DNA of 64,000 nucleotides from assembly GCF_053078305.1 (NCBI RefSeq), contig NZ_CP166879.1. One strand, 5' to 3'. Each line of letters opens with the position of its first letter. Within the stretch, counting starts at the first letter, position 1. The notes below the pieces were generated by a model. The model was given only the letters and a program-made list of their open reading frames with translations, made no database searches and was not told the DNA's origin. Shown piece after piece: positions 54,668 to 64,000 of this stretch. A program made the translations under genes and the position numbers.

Positions 54668-57237
54668 AATTTACTCTCAAAGGTTATCAGCGCGATGCTG
54701 TACATGATGCTCTGGCAAATCTCAGGAAGGCTCGCCGTTACTGGCATAACGAGAGCGACAAAAGCGCCTTCTCTTTAACTGCTGTAACCGGTGCAGGTAA
54801 GACCGTCATGGCTGCTGCTGTATTTGAAGCATTATTTCATGGCGACGATGAATTTAATTTCGATGCAGATCCCGGTGCGGTAGTGATCTGGTTTAGTGAC
54901 GACCCTGCACTGAACGAGCAAACCCGCTTTCGCTTGATGGAAGCGAGTGACCGTATCAACTACAACGATATGGTGGTAGTTGAACATCCCTTCAGTCGGC
55001 GTAAGTTCCAGGCCGGAAAAATCTATTTTCTTAACACGCAGAAGTTTGGCAAGAATAGTCTGTTAGTACGCGGATTCGATGATAAAGGCGGGCTTTTCGA
55101 GGCAACCCCTGATGCACAGGCTTATACACTGTGGGATACCATCCAGAATACCATCGAAGACCCAGATCTGACTCTCTATCTAGTACTGGACGAAGCGCAC
55201 AGGGGGATGGGGTCGTCAACGCCTTCCGGTGAAGTTGCTAAGAGTACTATTGTGCAACGTCTAATCAATGGTTCGGCTGGAGTGAAAGGTATTCCAGTAG
55301 TGTGGGGTATTTCTGCCACAGTTGAACGTTTCGACAATGCCATTGCCAATGCCGGTCATCATGTCAAACTGCCGAACGTGGTGGTTGACTCAGCTAAAGT
55401 GCAGGAATCGGGACTTATCAAGGACGATATCATTCTGGGTGTGCCTGATGAAGCTGGTGACTTCGATACAGTGTGGGTACGCCGTGCTGCCGACAAACTC
55501 AGGGAAGCGAGCGATGCCTGGGCTGAGTACGCAAGGCAGCAGGAAACCGTACACGAAGTAGTGCCTCTGATGGTATTCCAGGTTCCCAATATGCCAGATC
55601 CGAACGAGGTCGGACACTGGCTGGATACGTTATTCTCCCGTTATCCTGAATTGCCCATTGACAGTGTTGCTCATGTCTTCGGTGAACACACCACACAACG
55701 TTTCGGCCGACATCAGGTGCCTTATATTGAACCGCAGCGGGTGCAGGAATCAACTTGGGTGCGCGTATTGATTGCTAAAGATGCTATCAGCACTGGCTGG
55801 GATTGCCCACGTGCCGAAGTAATGGTTTCCTTCCGTGCAGCCAGCGACAGGACGCATATTACGCAATTGTTGGGGCGTATGGTACGTACTCCATTGGCGA
55901 GACGTATTCCGGGTAATGAGCGTTTAAACTCTGTAGAATGCCTATTGCCCAAGTTTAATACCAATACCGTGAGAGATGTCGTCAATACCTTGTTTAAGGG
56001 CGATGATACCTCTCCTCCAAGTGGACGCATCCTGGTTAACCCTGTGGAGATGAAACCTAACCCGGCTGCTTCAGCTGAAGTATGGGAAGCATTTGAAGCG
56101 CTACCTTCGCAAACCCGCCCACAGAAAGGAGCCAGACCCGCCAGACGTCTGACCGCGCTGGCACAAGAACTGGTTGATGACGGAATTCTTGATGGGGCAG
56201 TCAGGAAAGCCCATGCTGCGTTGCACGCGGTCTTGGACAAATACCAGACAGAAAATGCCGAGAAAATCAAAAACAAACGCAATGCAGTGCTCGTCGTAGA
56301 TGGTAAGGCCTTGGTTGCCAGCCTAAAGAACAAAGCTATGACCTTCAACGAATTCTGGGAAGAGGCGGATGTAGCGGTGATTGATGACGCATACCGGCGT
56401 GCAGCCCGAATCTTCAGCCCAGATGTTTCACGTACCTATGTCGAATATCTGGCCGATAAGGTTGCGGATAGAGAAGATGATGCTGAGGAATATCTGGAAG
56501 CAATCATGGAAGCTCGTGTGACCGTTGCTGGTTTGGGGCTAGTGATGGAGGTGCAGGATTACTTCGATGCTGAAGCCGATAAACTGACGAAGGCGTGGTT
56601 GGTCGTGTACACACCACAGATCAAGTCTTTGAAAGATGAGCGTAAAGAGGCTTACCGTCAAATCGTCGAAATGAGTACCAAACCGCAGGATGTGGATCTG
56701 GTCAGGCCAGAGAACAAGTTTGAAATGACCAGTGTGCGTGAAGGTGAGAAGGAAACTAACCTTCCAGTCTGGAAACACCATTTGTTGTGTGACAAAAGTG
56801 GGAACTATCCGGCTCAGTTTAACCATTGGGAAACCAAGGTTTTTGAGATCGAAACCAAACGTGAAGGATTTGCTTTCTGGTATCGTAATCCACAGTACAC
56901 AGGGCAATCGTCACTGGGAATCGCCTATGTTGAAGCCGAACAGTACAAAATTGTTCGTCCCGATTTCCTGTTCTTTGCCGAACAGGATGGTAAAATGGTT
57001 GTGGATCTTGTAGATCCTCATGGCCTACATTTGGCTGATGCTTTGCCCAAACTGAAAGGAATTGCTTTATATGCCGAACAGCATTCTGATGCTTACAGGC
57101 GAATTGAATCTGTCGCCGAAGTAAAGGGGAAATTACGAGTGTTAGATTTGAAACGGCAGGATGTACAGGATGCTGTTGCTAACGCTGAAAATGCAGAAAC
57201 GTTATTTAGTAGCGGACTTGCTAATGACTACCTGTAA
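54655..57237 (+). CDS. res: Type III restriction enzyme Res subunit (SF2 helicase plus C-terminal nuclease-like region)
   Basis: 860 aa; Walker A TGAGKT, DEAH box LVLDEAH, motif VI QLLGRMVRT; overlaps mod stop by 13 nt; C-terminal region has candidate D...ExK nuclease residues (VFEIETK). Confidence 0.7.
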   Translation: MDRMKFTLKGYQRDAVHDALANLRKARRYWHNESDKSAFSLTAVTGAGKTVMAAAVFEALFHGDDEFNFDADPGAVVIWFSDDPALNEQTRFRLMEASDRINYNDMVVVEHPFSRRKFQAGKIYFLNTQKFGKNSLLVRGFDDKGGLFEATPDAQAYTLWDTIQNTIEDPDLTLYLVLDEAHRGMGSSTPSGEVAKSTIVQRLINGSAGVKGIPVVWGISATVERFDNAIANAGHHVKLPNVVVDSAKVQESGLIKDDIILGVPDEAGDFDTVWVRRAADKLREASDAWAEYARQQETVHEVVPLMVFQVPNMPDPNEVGHWLDTLFSRYPELPIDSVAHVFGEHTTQRFGRHQVPYIEPQRVQESTWVRVLIAKDAISTGWDCPRAEVMVSFRAASDRTHITQLLGRMVRTPLARRIPGNERLNSVECLLPKFNTNTVRDVVNTLFKGDDTSPPSGRILVNPVEMKPNPAASAEVWEAFEALPSQTRPQKGARPARRLTALAQELVDDGILDGAVRKAHAALHAVLDKYQTENAEKIKNKRNAVLVVDGKALVASLKNKAMTFNEFWEEADVAVIDDAYRRAARIFSPDVSRTYVEYLADKVADREDDAEEYLEAIMEARVTVAGLGLVMEVQDYFDAEADKLTKAWLVVYTPQIKSLKDERKEAYRQIVEMSTKPQDVDLVRPENKFEMTSVREGEKETNLPVWKHHLLCDKSGNYPAQFNHWETKVFEIETKREGFAFWYRNPQYTGQSSLGIAYVEAEQYKIVRPDFLFFAEQDGKMVVDLVDPHGLHLADALPKLKGIALYAEQHSDAYRRIESVAEVKGKLRVLDLKRQDVQDAVANAENAETLFSSGLANDYL

Positions 57238-57549
57238 TCTATAGAAATTGCGTAACGAAACTGCATTTCAAATTGGTTGAGACAATCTAACTCTGAGTAT
57301 TGGAGCTTCTCTGTAAGAAGGTCCAATACTTACAAGTCTATTTGGTGACCACAGCCACTATAACTTAAAGCAGTTTAGCAGCTTGTTAACTAAAGAGTTT
57401 TATTGTTTCTTCAACCTGGAATTGCGGAATCCCCTCTTTCGTACAATTAATGATAGGATGTGTCAATATAGTAACTTTTGCAACTTCACCCGAAGTTTTT
57501 TGTAAAATATACTGACCTATTATATGTCACAAAATATGTGATGTGAGGA

Positions 57550-58344
57550 ATGATGAACAGTAACCTGACCAAAATATGTTATCAAGGTGAGACCGGAGAA
57601 AGTGATTTAAGAACGTTGATGCTTGGTGATATTTTATATATCTCATTGCGAGACGTTTTAGTGACACTGAATAAAGAAAATAGAGAAATAAATGCTGATT
57701 ACACAGTAAAATCAATGGCGGGAATAATCAGAGCACAATTACAGGTTCTTGATCCTGACGAGTATATCACGACTGATGCTGAACACAGTGTTTTTGAAGG
57801 TCAAAAAGAGATCTTCGTCACCCAGCCTGGTTTGTATCGAGTCATGTCAAGTGACCGAAGTGCTGCTGGTAAGCGCTTTCAAAAATGGCTATTTCATGAA
57901 GTCATACCATCATTGACTAAACATGGAGTATACCCACCTCCGCCAGAGGCTAAAGGATCAGTTTTAGCTCAAATGGCTGAAATACTTGCACAAAATTCGC
58001 GAGCACTTGCTGACGCAATCCATAAACACGAAAAATTGGCAGAAGATGTCTCACAGGTTAAAGGTAAGGTTGCCGACGTTGAAAGCCGCTTGGAACTGTT
58101 AGAATCAGGTCCTTCCACTATAACTGAAGATATGAAATCCCTTGATGAACGACTTGTTTTCTTGGATATGAGAATGGAGGAAAAGCATTTCACCGAGACA
58201 TTAGCCTGGTGCGAAAATATTTCAGTTCAAAAAAGCAGGAAAGTGATTCGCAAGAATTGTAGAGAGAATTCACTCTTTACTATACAGACTATCGACGAGG
58301 CGATAGCCATCATGACTGAAAGTGGAAAAATAACACAAAATTAA
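57550..58344 (+). CDS. BRO-N domain protein (prophage antirepressor-like) with C-terminal coiled coil
   Basis: 264 aa; BRO-N hallmark QPGLYRVMSSDRSAAGKRFQKWLFHEVIPSLTKHG; heptad-rich C-terminus. Confidence 0.7.
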   Translation: MMNSNLTKICYQGETGESDLRTLMLGDILYISLRDVLVTLNKENREINADYTVKSMAGIIRAQLQVLDPDEYITTDAEHSVFEGQKEIFVTQPGLYRVMSSDRSAAGKRFQKWLFHEVIPSLTKHGVYPPPPEAKGSVLAQMAEILAQNSRALADAIHKHEKLAEDVSQVKGKVADVESRLELLESGPSTITEDMKSLDERLVFLDMRMEEKHFTETLAWCENISVQKSRKVIRKNCRENSLFTIQTIDEAIAIMTESGKITQN

Positions 58345-58685
58345 AGAGTTAGGGGCATGTTATCTGCTGGTTATATTATTGAACGCTGACGTGACACAGG
58401 CTTTTCCGCAAAGAGAAGGCCTATCCAGAGGGTTACTTACGGCTACAACCGAAGTTACGCTCCCTTTTCGTAAATTTTAGTGTCAAGTTTGGTCAGATGC
58501 GTATTCCGAACAAACTGCGATCGATTCAGGTGCCATTTTGCAACAACTACTGAGTTTGCCCAACCAACTCAGATAAAATGTCAGCAACGTTATTAAAGGA
58601 TATTTACCAGGGCAAAGAAATCGTCGTAAAATTATTCAACAAATAATTTTACTGTACTTGCTCAATTTGCAGAAGGAAAATCAGG

Positions 58686-59003
58686 ATGACCAAACCATCA
58701 ACTATAGCCGGAACAGCAGGCGCTTTGGCAACTGCCGGTACTGCAGCCTCAACAGCATCAACCGTTGCAGGTGCATCAGCTGCAACAATTATGTCAGCGA
58801 CAGCAGGAACAACAGGAGCAGCTCTGGCTTCCGTTGCAGGCGCATCCGGTACAGCAGGCGCAGCAGCAATTTCATCAGGTATGGCAGCGATTGGTTCCAC
58901 TGTTGGTGGTGGGATGGCTGCCGGTGCGGTAATTACTGCAGCAGCGCCTGTTGCGATTAGTGCAGCCGTCATTTATGGGCTGGTTAAAATATTCAAAGAT
59001 TAA
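58686..59003 (+). CDS. small Ala/Gly/Thr-rich protein (105 aa) with hydrophobic C-terminal segment; function unknown
   Basis: AAGGA RBS 8 nt upstream of ATG; strong GCx codon periodicity; sequence ...GGGMAAGAVITAAAPVAISAAVIYGLVKIFKD. Confidence 0.45.
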   Translation: MTKPSTIAGTAGALATAGTAASTASTVAGASAATIMSATAGTTGAALASVAGASGTAGAAAISSGMAAIGSTVGGGMAAGAVITAAAPVAISAAVIYGLVKIFKD

Positions 59004-59610
59004 TTGCAGGGGCTTCGTACAGAAACCAGTCGCACCTCCTGACGGTTCCGAAAGCTCGACTGGCAGAGTTGCTGCCTCTTGAGGGATTTACCTTCTCCGG
59101 GTGAGTGATATCTGCCGTCAGGTGTTCGTGCAGCGGGCCATAACCTGCAGTCGGGAGTTGAACGCCTGACGACAGGAAATCAGCCAGGCCAGTCACCACG
59201 CAGGCTGACAACAGGTCAGAACCTGAATCAGCCGGCAGCCATTCCCGTGGTCAGTACTTCGCGGCCTGACACGATCACCAGACTCAGTCCTTCAGAACCA
59301 GACTCCAGTACCTGCCTGGCGGTCGCCCCGGCGCAACAGAATAAATCAACCATCGTCAGACGGCGATCGTTTATATGCCAACGACGTGCCCGAAAAATGC
59401 GTCAATATGAGTTCCCCGGATGCTTACGTTGGTTGCAAAAAATGTAATTTACAATGTGTGTGGATAATTTTAATAGTTTGATTAATATCGTGCGTTAGTT
59501 AAATCAATAACGGGCTAACTACTGTAAAGAGGTTAGTCCGTGTTTTTATTGTAAGCATGACTATTTTTTATTTATTTGTATTAGTCGCGACTTGCTCTGA
59601 CGTATGACTT

Positions 59611-60048
59611 TTAAAGACTATCGTCGTAGGGTGCTTCAGTCAGAATCTTTTGAATTTCATGTCGTGCTTTTAGCTCCCATGAAAGATTCATATTTGCCAT
59701 TAACTCAATAAATTTTGGAAACGCGATACGTCGTCCATCTCTGCCTTCCACCCTGTGTTCTAACTCATATTGAAATGCTATCTTATAAGCGAGTTCTGAC
59801 ATGATCCAATAAAGTAGCTCATCTAGCGAACTAGTTACCTTCCGCGAGAATTCATAACCTCTTTCTGAATGAATGTAATTATATACATTGTTTTCAAATG
59901 TAACATATGGTGTGCCATCACCAATTGGAGCAGAACAAAGATTAACTGAATATCTTGAGAGACCAGCTTTCAAAGTCAATGCGTCAATTTTTTTTTGTAT
60001 TTCATTGATATTCAACAACATGTTAGCGAACCTCACGAATATATCCAT
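59611..60048 (-). CDS. cdiI: CdiI-type immunity protein cognate to the CdiA C-terminal toxin
   Basis: 145-aa ORF immediately downstream of, and overlapping, the cdiA stop; low-GC relative to cdiA body; alternative start 60021 one nt after cdiA stop. Confidence 0.6.
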   Translation of the reverse strand: MDIFVRFANMLLNINEIQKKIDALTLKAGLSRYSVNLCSAPIGDGTPYVTFENNVYNYIHSERGYEFSRKVTSSLDELLYWIMSELAYKIAFQYELEHRVEGRDGRRIAFPKFIELMANMNLSWELKARHEIQKILTEAPYDDSL

Positions 60049-63000
60049 TCTTTAATAGCCATTCCACATTCACTCGTTCTTGCATATTAGGTAATATTTG
60101 AATCCCCCCTCCAGGCTCACCAAAAGCGGGGGCAATCTTTCCTTGTATAGCAGGCAATGGTTTTATTACCTCATATTCATAGTATTTTTCAGCTTTAGTT
60201 CCTGGCGCTAGAGCTCGTTGTTCGTAAGGAGTACCTTTAGGAGCAAGGAAAGAGCCAGTAGGCTCACCATATCTATCTAGGCGTGTGCCTACCGGAATTA
60301 TAGTTTTGATTGGATCACCTTCAAACCCCAAATTCTTGGGCCAATCCCACCCACCATTAGCATTCTTGAATTTGTCGTAGTAAGAATAGCCTCCGGCTTC
60401 AGCATCTGTAATTGCACTTGAAGAGTTAGGGTTTTTAGATACGCTTTCTTTAACGATACCTTGGCCTAATACACTGATTTTATTAGCTGCCGCAGCACCT
60501 AACACTGGCGTCATTGATGCCGCTACAGTCTTCATCCCGTCATAGGTTTCGACGTAGCTTTCAGCCGTCGCTTTATCCACACCGAACTGCGTCATAGCAT
60601 AGTTTACCATTGCATCTTTCACCTGCTGCTGATTTTGTGCATCAACACTGGTGATATTCAGCAGGTTTACTATCTGCCCGTAAGCATCCGGATACATATC
60701 GCTGACTTGGTTATTGTAGTTTCCGGTTTCATAACCTCCTTTAGCAGCAATAACCCTCAGTCTTTCACCGGCACAAGCCACGCTGGCTGCCTGTCCATTA
60801 CTGCATGCAGCGATTACCGCCTTATCACTGCTGATATCTTTTTCAAGCAATGCATCATATTTCTGCTGCGCCTTTTCGCGCTCTGCCGGATCTTTACTGT
60901 TTTTAAGCGTCTGTTTTGCTATCTCAAGCTCTGTCTTTTCAGACACGCTAAGATAATTATTCTCAACCGAGTTCCTGCCTGCCTGTGCCCCCGTACCGGC
61001 AGCACTTGTACTGTTGCCGGCAAGCCCGCCCGCAATACCCGAGGCAATGGTGGCCAGCATGCTGATTTGCTGACGTTCCTGTTCACTCAGGCTATCGGTA
61101 CGACCACCATAGTAGTTATCAATGATATACCGGGCTGCAAGTTCACCGCTGAATGCCCCTGCAGCACCGGAAGCCGCATTGTTTCCGCCCAGTTGTGCGG
61201 CAAGCGCTCCCCAGACTGCGTGAGCCATCAGGTTTGCTTCCCGGTTATCGCCTGTGGCCTGTTTTATAAGCTGTGCCACTGCCGGATTCAGACCGCCAGC
61301 CAGTACCTGCCCCGGATTCCCTGCATTCAGTCCGCCCAGCACGCCCGTGATGGCCTGTACCACCATCTGCGGCGTACTGCCCGTACCGTAGCCTTTCATG
61401 ACCTCTCTGTATTCCGGGGTCTCCCGCAACTGTGCATCGCTCATGCCAGGATGCTCTTTCCTGGCTGCTTTCATCGCTTCAGTTTCGCCATACGTCATGA
61501 CGATGTTACTCATCTGACCGCTAATCTGGCTGATAACCTGCGCTTCCTGCAGACGCTTCTGCTCTTTCTCCCTGTCAAATATCGGTGCAATGCTGCCGTT
61601 GGCGTTTTCCGGGTCCCGGCTGAGCCCGGCAATATCCTGCTTCTGACTCTCATTATCACGGATAATGAGATTTCCGCCGCTGATGGCGGATGACGTGGTA
61701 CCTTCAGCATGTCCACTGCTGCCGGACATACCGGTAAGTGCGTTCGCCGCACCGGCTATTGCATTTGAGGCCACCATCTGGCTGGCTGACATCCCTGAGC
61801 CACCCGATAAACTGATTCCGGTATGGCTGGCTTTATAGTCTGCCTGGTTATGGATATCCGACCAGCCCAGCGTGTTGGTATTGAGGCTGTTTTTGTCATC
61901 CGTTGCCGTGGACGCAATTACCGCACCATTGAGCTGAGTGTGATTCCCAACAGTGACATCAAACCCGTCTTTTCCGGCGTAGATACCACTCTGTTCCCGG
62001 ACAGAATCGTAATTGCTTTTAATTTTGTCCTGACTGATGCTGGCATAGCCGCTGCCGGACATTGAGCCAAACGTGAAGCTTCCACCTGCAGCCACGCTGT
62101 TCTGTCTGCTGTCGTAACGGTCGCTGTCCTGAAGGCTCGAAATGGTCAGGTTATTCCCCACATCCGCTGTGACTTTCTCACCACTGACCTGAGCCCCCGA
62201 CAGGGTGGTATCATGTCCGCTTGTGAGGGAGACATTTTTACCCGCATCCAGCATGGTTTCGGTCCAGGTCGTGCCGTTGCCTTTCTCCCTGCCCTCTGAA
62301 CCATTGATACCGGCGAAGATACTGAGGCCTCCGCCATTGGTTCCACCACCAAAGCTGACGCCCACGCCGCCACCTTTGCTGCTGTTCTTCCCGGTTGTCT
62401 GTCGGGTGTCAGCGGCGGCAGCCAGCAGAATATCGTTCTGTGCATTCAGGCTGGTGTCATTGCCGGACTTAATCTGGCTCCCGGTAATGAGAATATCGCC
62501 GCTGTTGTTATGGTCCTTATTTTTCCCCGTGGCAGTGACGGAGACATTGTTACCGGCGCTGAGGGTTGAGCCGGAGACGATATCGTGCTGATATTTCGTC
62601 TCAGACTTCGACTGCTGATGGTTGAGCGAAATGCTCACGCCGATACCATTATTCGGGTCAGCACTCTGTTGCTGCAATCCGTGGTTAACACTGGCCTGTA
62701 CACCGGACAGAACCGCCTGTGTTCCTTTCAGTGCCGCCAGACGGCTGTCGCTGGTTTCTTTCGCCTCCCGGGCCATGGTGGCAGCATTATTGATGGCACT
62801 GCCCACCGTGCCGGAAAGGGCAACCGTCAGCCCGCTTTTCTTCTGCTCAAATTTTTCGTCCACAGTACGACGGTCATGCCCCGGGTCAACCACCACACTG
62901 TCACCGGTAATGCTGATATCACGGTTCGCAATCACATCCGAACCGCTGATATGAGCCTGTTTGCCCGCGGTAATACTGACATTACCGGCAGTGGAGCCGA

Positions 63001-64000
63001 TGGTACTGGCACTCTGACTCTGCGTTGTCCCGGCCTCACGGCGGTCGTGCGTTGTCTTACTGCTGCCAGTGGTGAAACCAATACCACCGGTACCCATCAG
63101 ACCGGATTTCTTCGTTTCCTTAAAGCGCCAGGACGTATCTGTACTGGTGGCAGCAAGAACATCAACATGGTTACCCGCCGCCAGTGACACATCCCGGTCA
63201 GCCACCACATCCGAACCCTCTACCGTCAGGTTATTACCGGCGTTAACGGTCACGCGGTTTCCCGACAACAGGGAGCCCTTCTCACGGGTGACGCTGTCTT
63301 CCGTGATGGTCCGGGTGGTCTGATGGCTGAGGAGACGGTTACGGGTTTCCCCTGATTCACTGTAGTGATAATCACTTTCCGTGGCAGTACCCAGTACGAT
63401 GTCATGACCGGCATTCACACGGATATCGCCCTTTGCCGTTACAGCGGTCGCAACTGAGGTGATATCCCGTCCGGCAGTAACCGTGATGTCACCGCCACTG
63501 GTCATGTCTGTTCCCTGCTGCCGGACCGAATCATGAACCGTCTTCATGCTGAAAGTGCTGTCGTGGTCACCTGTGCCTGTGGACTCCGCAGCCATGTTCA
63601 CATCCCGTCCGGCGCGGATATCCATACTGTTTTCAGCCATAATACCGGCAGCCTGGCTGTTCACATCACGACCGGCGGAAAGCATCAGACTGTTCCCGGC
63701 AGTGACCGTGGGGGCCACGGCATGAGTTTCATACCACCCGGACCCGCCATAGCGACGACGTTCTCCGGCCTGTATCGCGTTCATGTTCAGGTCATTACCG
63801 GCGGACAGTAACACGCTGTCACCGGCAGAAACGGCGGCACCGGTGATACTGATATCCCCGGCTGCGCCCATAAACAGTGAGTCCGTTGCCCTGACAGCAG
63901 CCAGCGGACCGGTATCCGTTCCGCTGAAATGGTTATATCCGTTGTTCATCGCCCACTGTTCTGTACGGGTGAGGTTACTGATGTTTCCGGTGGCGCTTTC
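60023..64000 (-). CDS. cdiA: CdiA contact-dependent inhibition exoprotein, 3' portion (FHA repeats, pretoxin VENN, C-terminal toxin); 5' end beyond window
   Basis: ORF open to window edge; filamentous-haemagglutinin-type repeats; VENN motif (NSVENNYLS) ~313 aa before C-terminus; C-terminal ~110 aa resemble TNT-type domain. Confidence 0.85.
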   Translation of the reverse strand, partial: ESATGNISNLTRTEQWAMNNGYNHFSGTDTGPLAAVRATDSLFMGAAGDISITGAAVSAGDSVLLSAGNDLNMNAIQAGERRRYGGSGWYETHAVAPTVTAGNSLMLSAGRDVNSQAAGIMAENSMDIRAGRDVNMAAESTGTGDHDSTFSMKTVHDSVRQQGTDMTSGGDITVTAGRDITSVATAVTAKGDIRVNAGHDIVLGTATESDYHYSESGETRNRLLSHQTTRTITEDSVTREKGSLLSGNRVTVNAGNNLTVEGSDVVADRDVSLAAGNHVDVLAATSTDTSWRFKETKKSGLMGTGGIGFTTGSSKTTHDRREAGTTQSQSASTIGSTAGNVSITAGKQAHISGSDVIANRDISITGDSVVVDPGHDRRTVDEKFEQKKSGLTVALSGTVGSAINNAATMAREAKETSDSRLAALKGTQAVLSGVQASVNHGLQQQSADPNNGIGVSISLNHQQSKSETKYQHDIVSGSTLSAGNNVSVTATGKNKDHNNSGDILITGSQIKSGNDTSLNAQNDILLAAAADTRQTTGKNSSKGGGVGVSFGGGTNGGGLSIFAGINGSEGREKGNGTTWTETMLDAGKNVSLTSGHDTTLSGAQVSGEKVTADVGNNLTISSLQDSDRYDSRQNSVAAGGSFTFGSMSGSGYASISQDKIKSNYDSVREQSGIYAGKDGFDVTVGNHTQLNGAVIASTATDDKNSLNTNTLGWSDIHNQADYKASHTGISLSGGSGMSASQMVASNAIAGAANALTGMSGSSGHAEGTTSSAISGGNLIIRDNESQKQDIAGLSRDPENANGSIAPIFDREKEQKRLQEAQVISQISGQMSNIVMTYGETEAMKAARKEHPGMSDAQLRETPEYREVMKGYGTGSTPQMVVQAITGVLGGLNAGNPGQVLAGGLNPAVAQLIKQATGDNREANLMAHAVWGALAAQLGGNNAASGAAGAFSGELAARYIIDNYYGGRTDSLSEQERQQISMLATIASGIAGGLAGNSTSAAGTGAQAGRNSVENNYLSVSEKTELEIAKQTLKNSKDPAEREKAQQKYDALLEKDISSDKAVIAACSNGQAASVACAGERLRVIAAKGGYETGNYNNQVSDMYPDAYGQIVNLLNITSVDAQNQQQVKDAMVNYAMTQFGVDKATAESYVETYDGMKTVAASMTPVLGAAAANKISVLGQGIVKESVSKNPNSSSAITDAEAGGYSYYDKFKNANGGWDWPKNLGFEGDPIKTIIPVGTRLDRYGEPTGSFLAPKGTPYEQRALAPGTKAEKYYEYEVIKPLPAIQGKIAPAFGEPGGGIQILPNMQERVNVEWLLKNGYIREVR

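Larger units (their letters stand above)
37344..64000. mobile_element. tRNA-Thr-associated integrative genomic island (CP4-like), mosaic cargo; extends beyond window end
   Basis: boundary att repeat, P4-family integrase, CP4-type conserved module, defence and toxin cargo, and compositional heterogeneity judged by eye. Confidence 0.75.

Noticed and set aside
58649-59003. GCN-periodic low-complexity DNA that might be read as a tandem repeat or CRISPR-like array
   Set aside because: No repeat-spacer structure; periodicity is codon-level (Ala/Gly/Thr codons) within a small ORF. No CRISPR array found anywhere in the window.
60635-63187. Plus-strand ORFs of 352 and 200 aa inside cdiA
   Set aside because: Antisense to the CdiA repeat region, which has clear FHA and VENN features.

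Overview
Escherichia coli-type chromosome segment: roughly the first 37 kb is conserved backbone and the remainder, from 37.3 kb to the window end, is a mosaic integrative island bounded by a 46-nt tRNA-Thr 3' fragment. The backbone carries rclABC, an aldo-keto reductase, an AraC-type regulator, the eaeH adhesin, a reductase/hydrolase cluster with LysR regulators, ykgR, Zur-controlled ykgM-ykgO, the ecpRABCDE common pilus operon, ykgJ, yagU and paoABCD, then an MFS/hydrolase/LysR module and decayed gene fragments. The island carries a P4-like integrase, a CP4-type module on the minus strand (GTPase, Ag43 with its GATC switch, YeeR-like membrane protein, DUF932, antirestriction, RadC-like, YeeT, CbeA/CbtA toxin-antitoxin, YeeW-like), a Type III-like mod-res pair, a BRO-N protein, a small Ala/Gly-rich peptide, and a partial cdiA with its cdiI. 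The best candidates for something undescribed are the CdiA C-terminal toxin, which reads like a TNT-type NAD+ glycohydrolase, and several unassigned island ORFs (215 aa between yeeT and cbeA, 282 aa next to the integrase, the Ala/Gly-rich peptide). All calls rest on reading the translations and motifs by eye; no database search was run.
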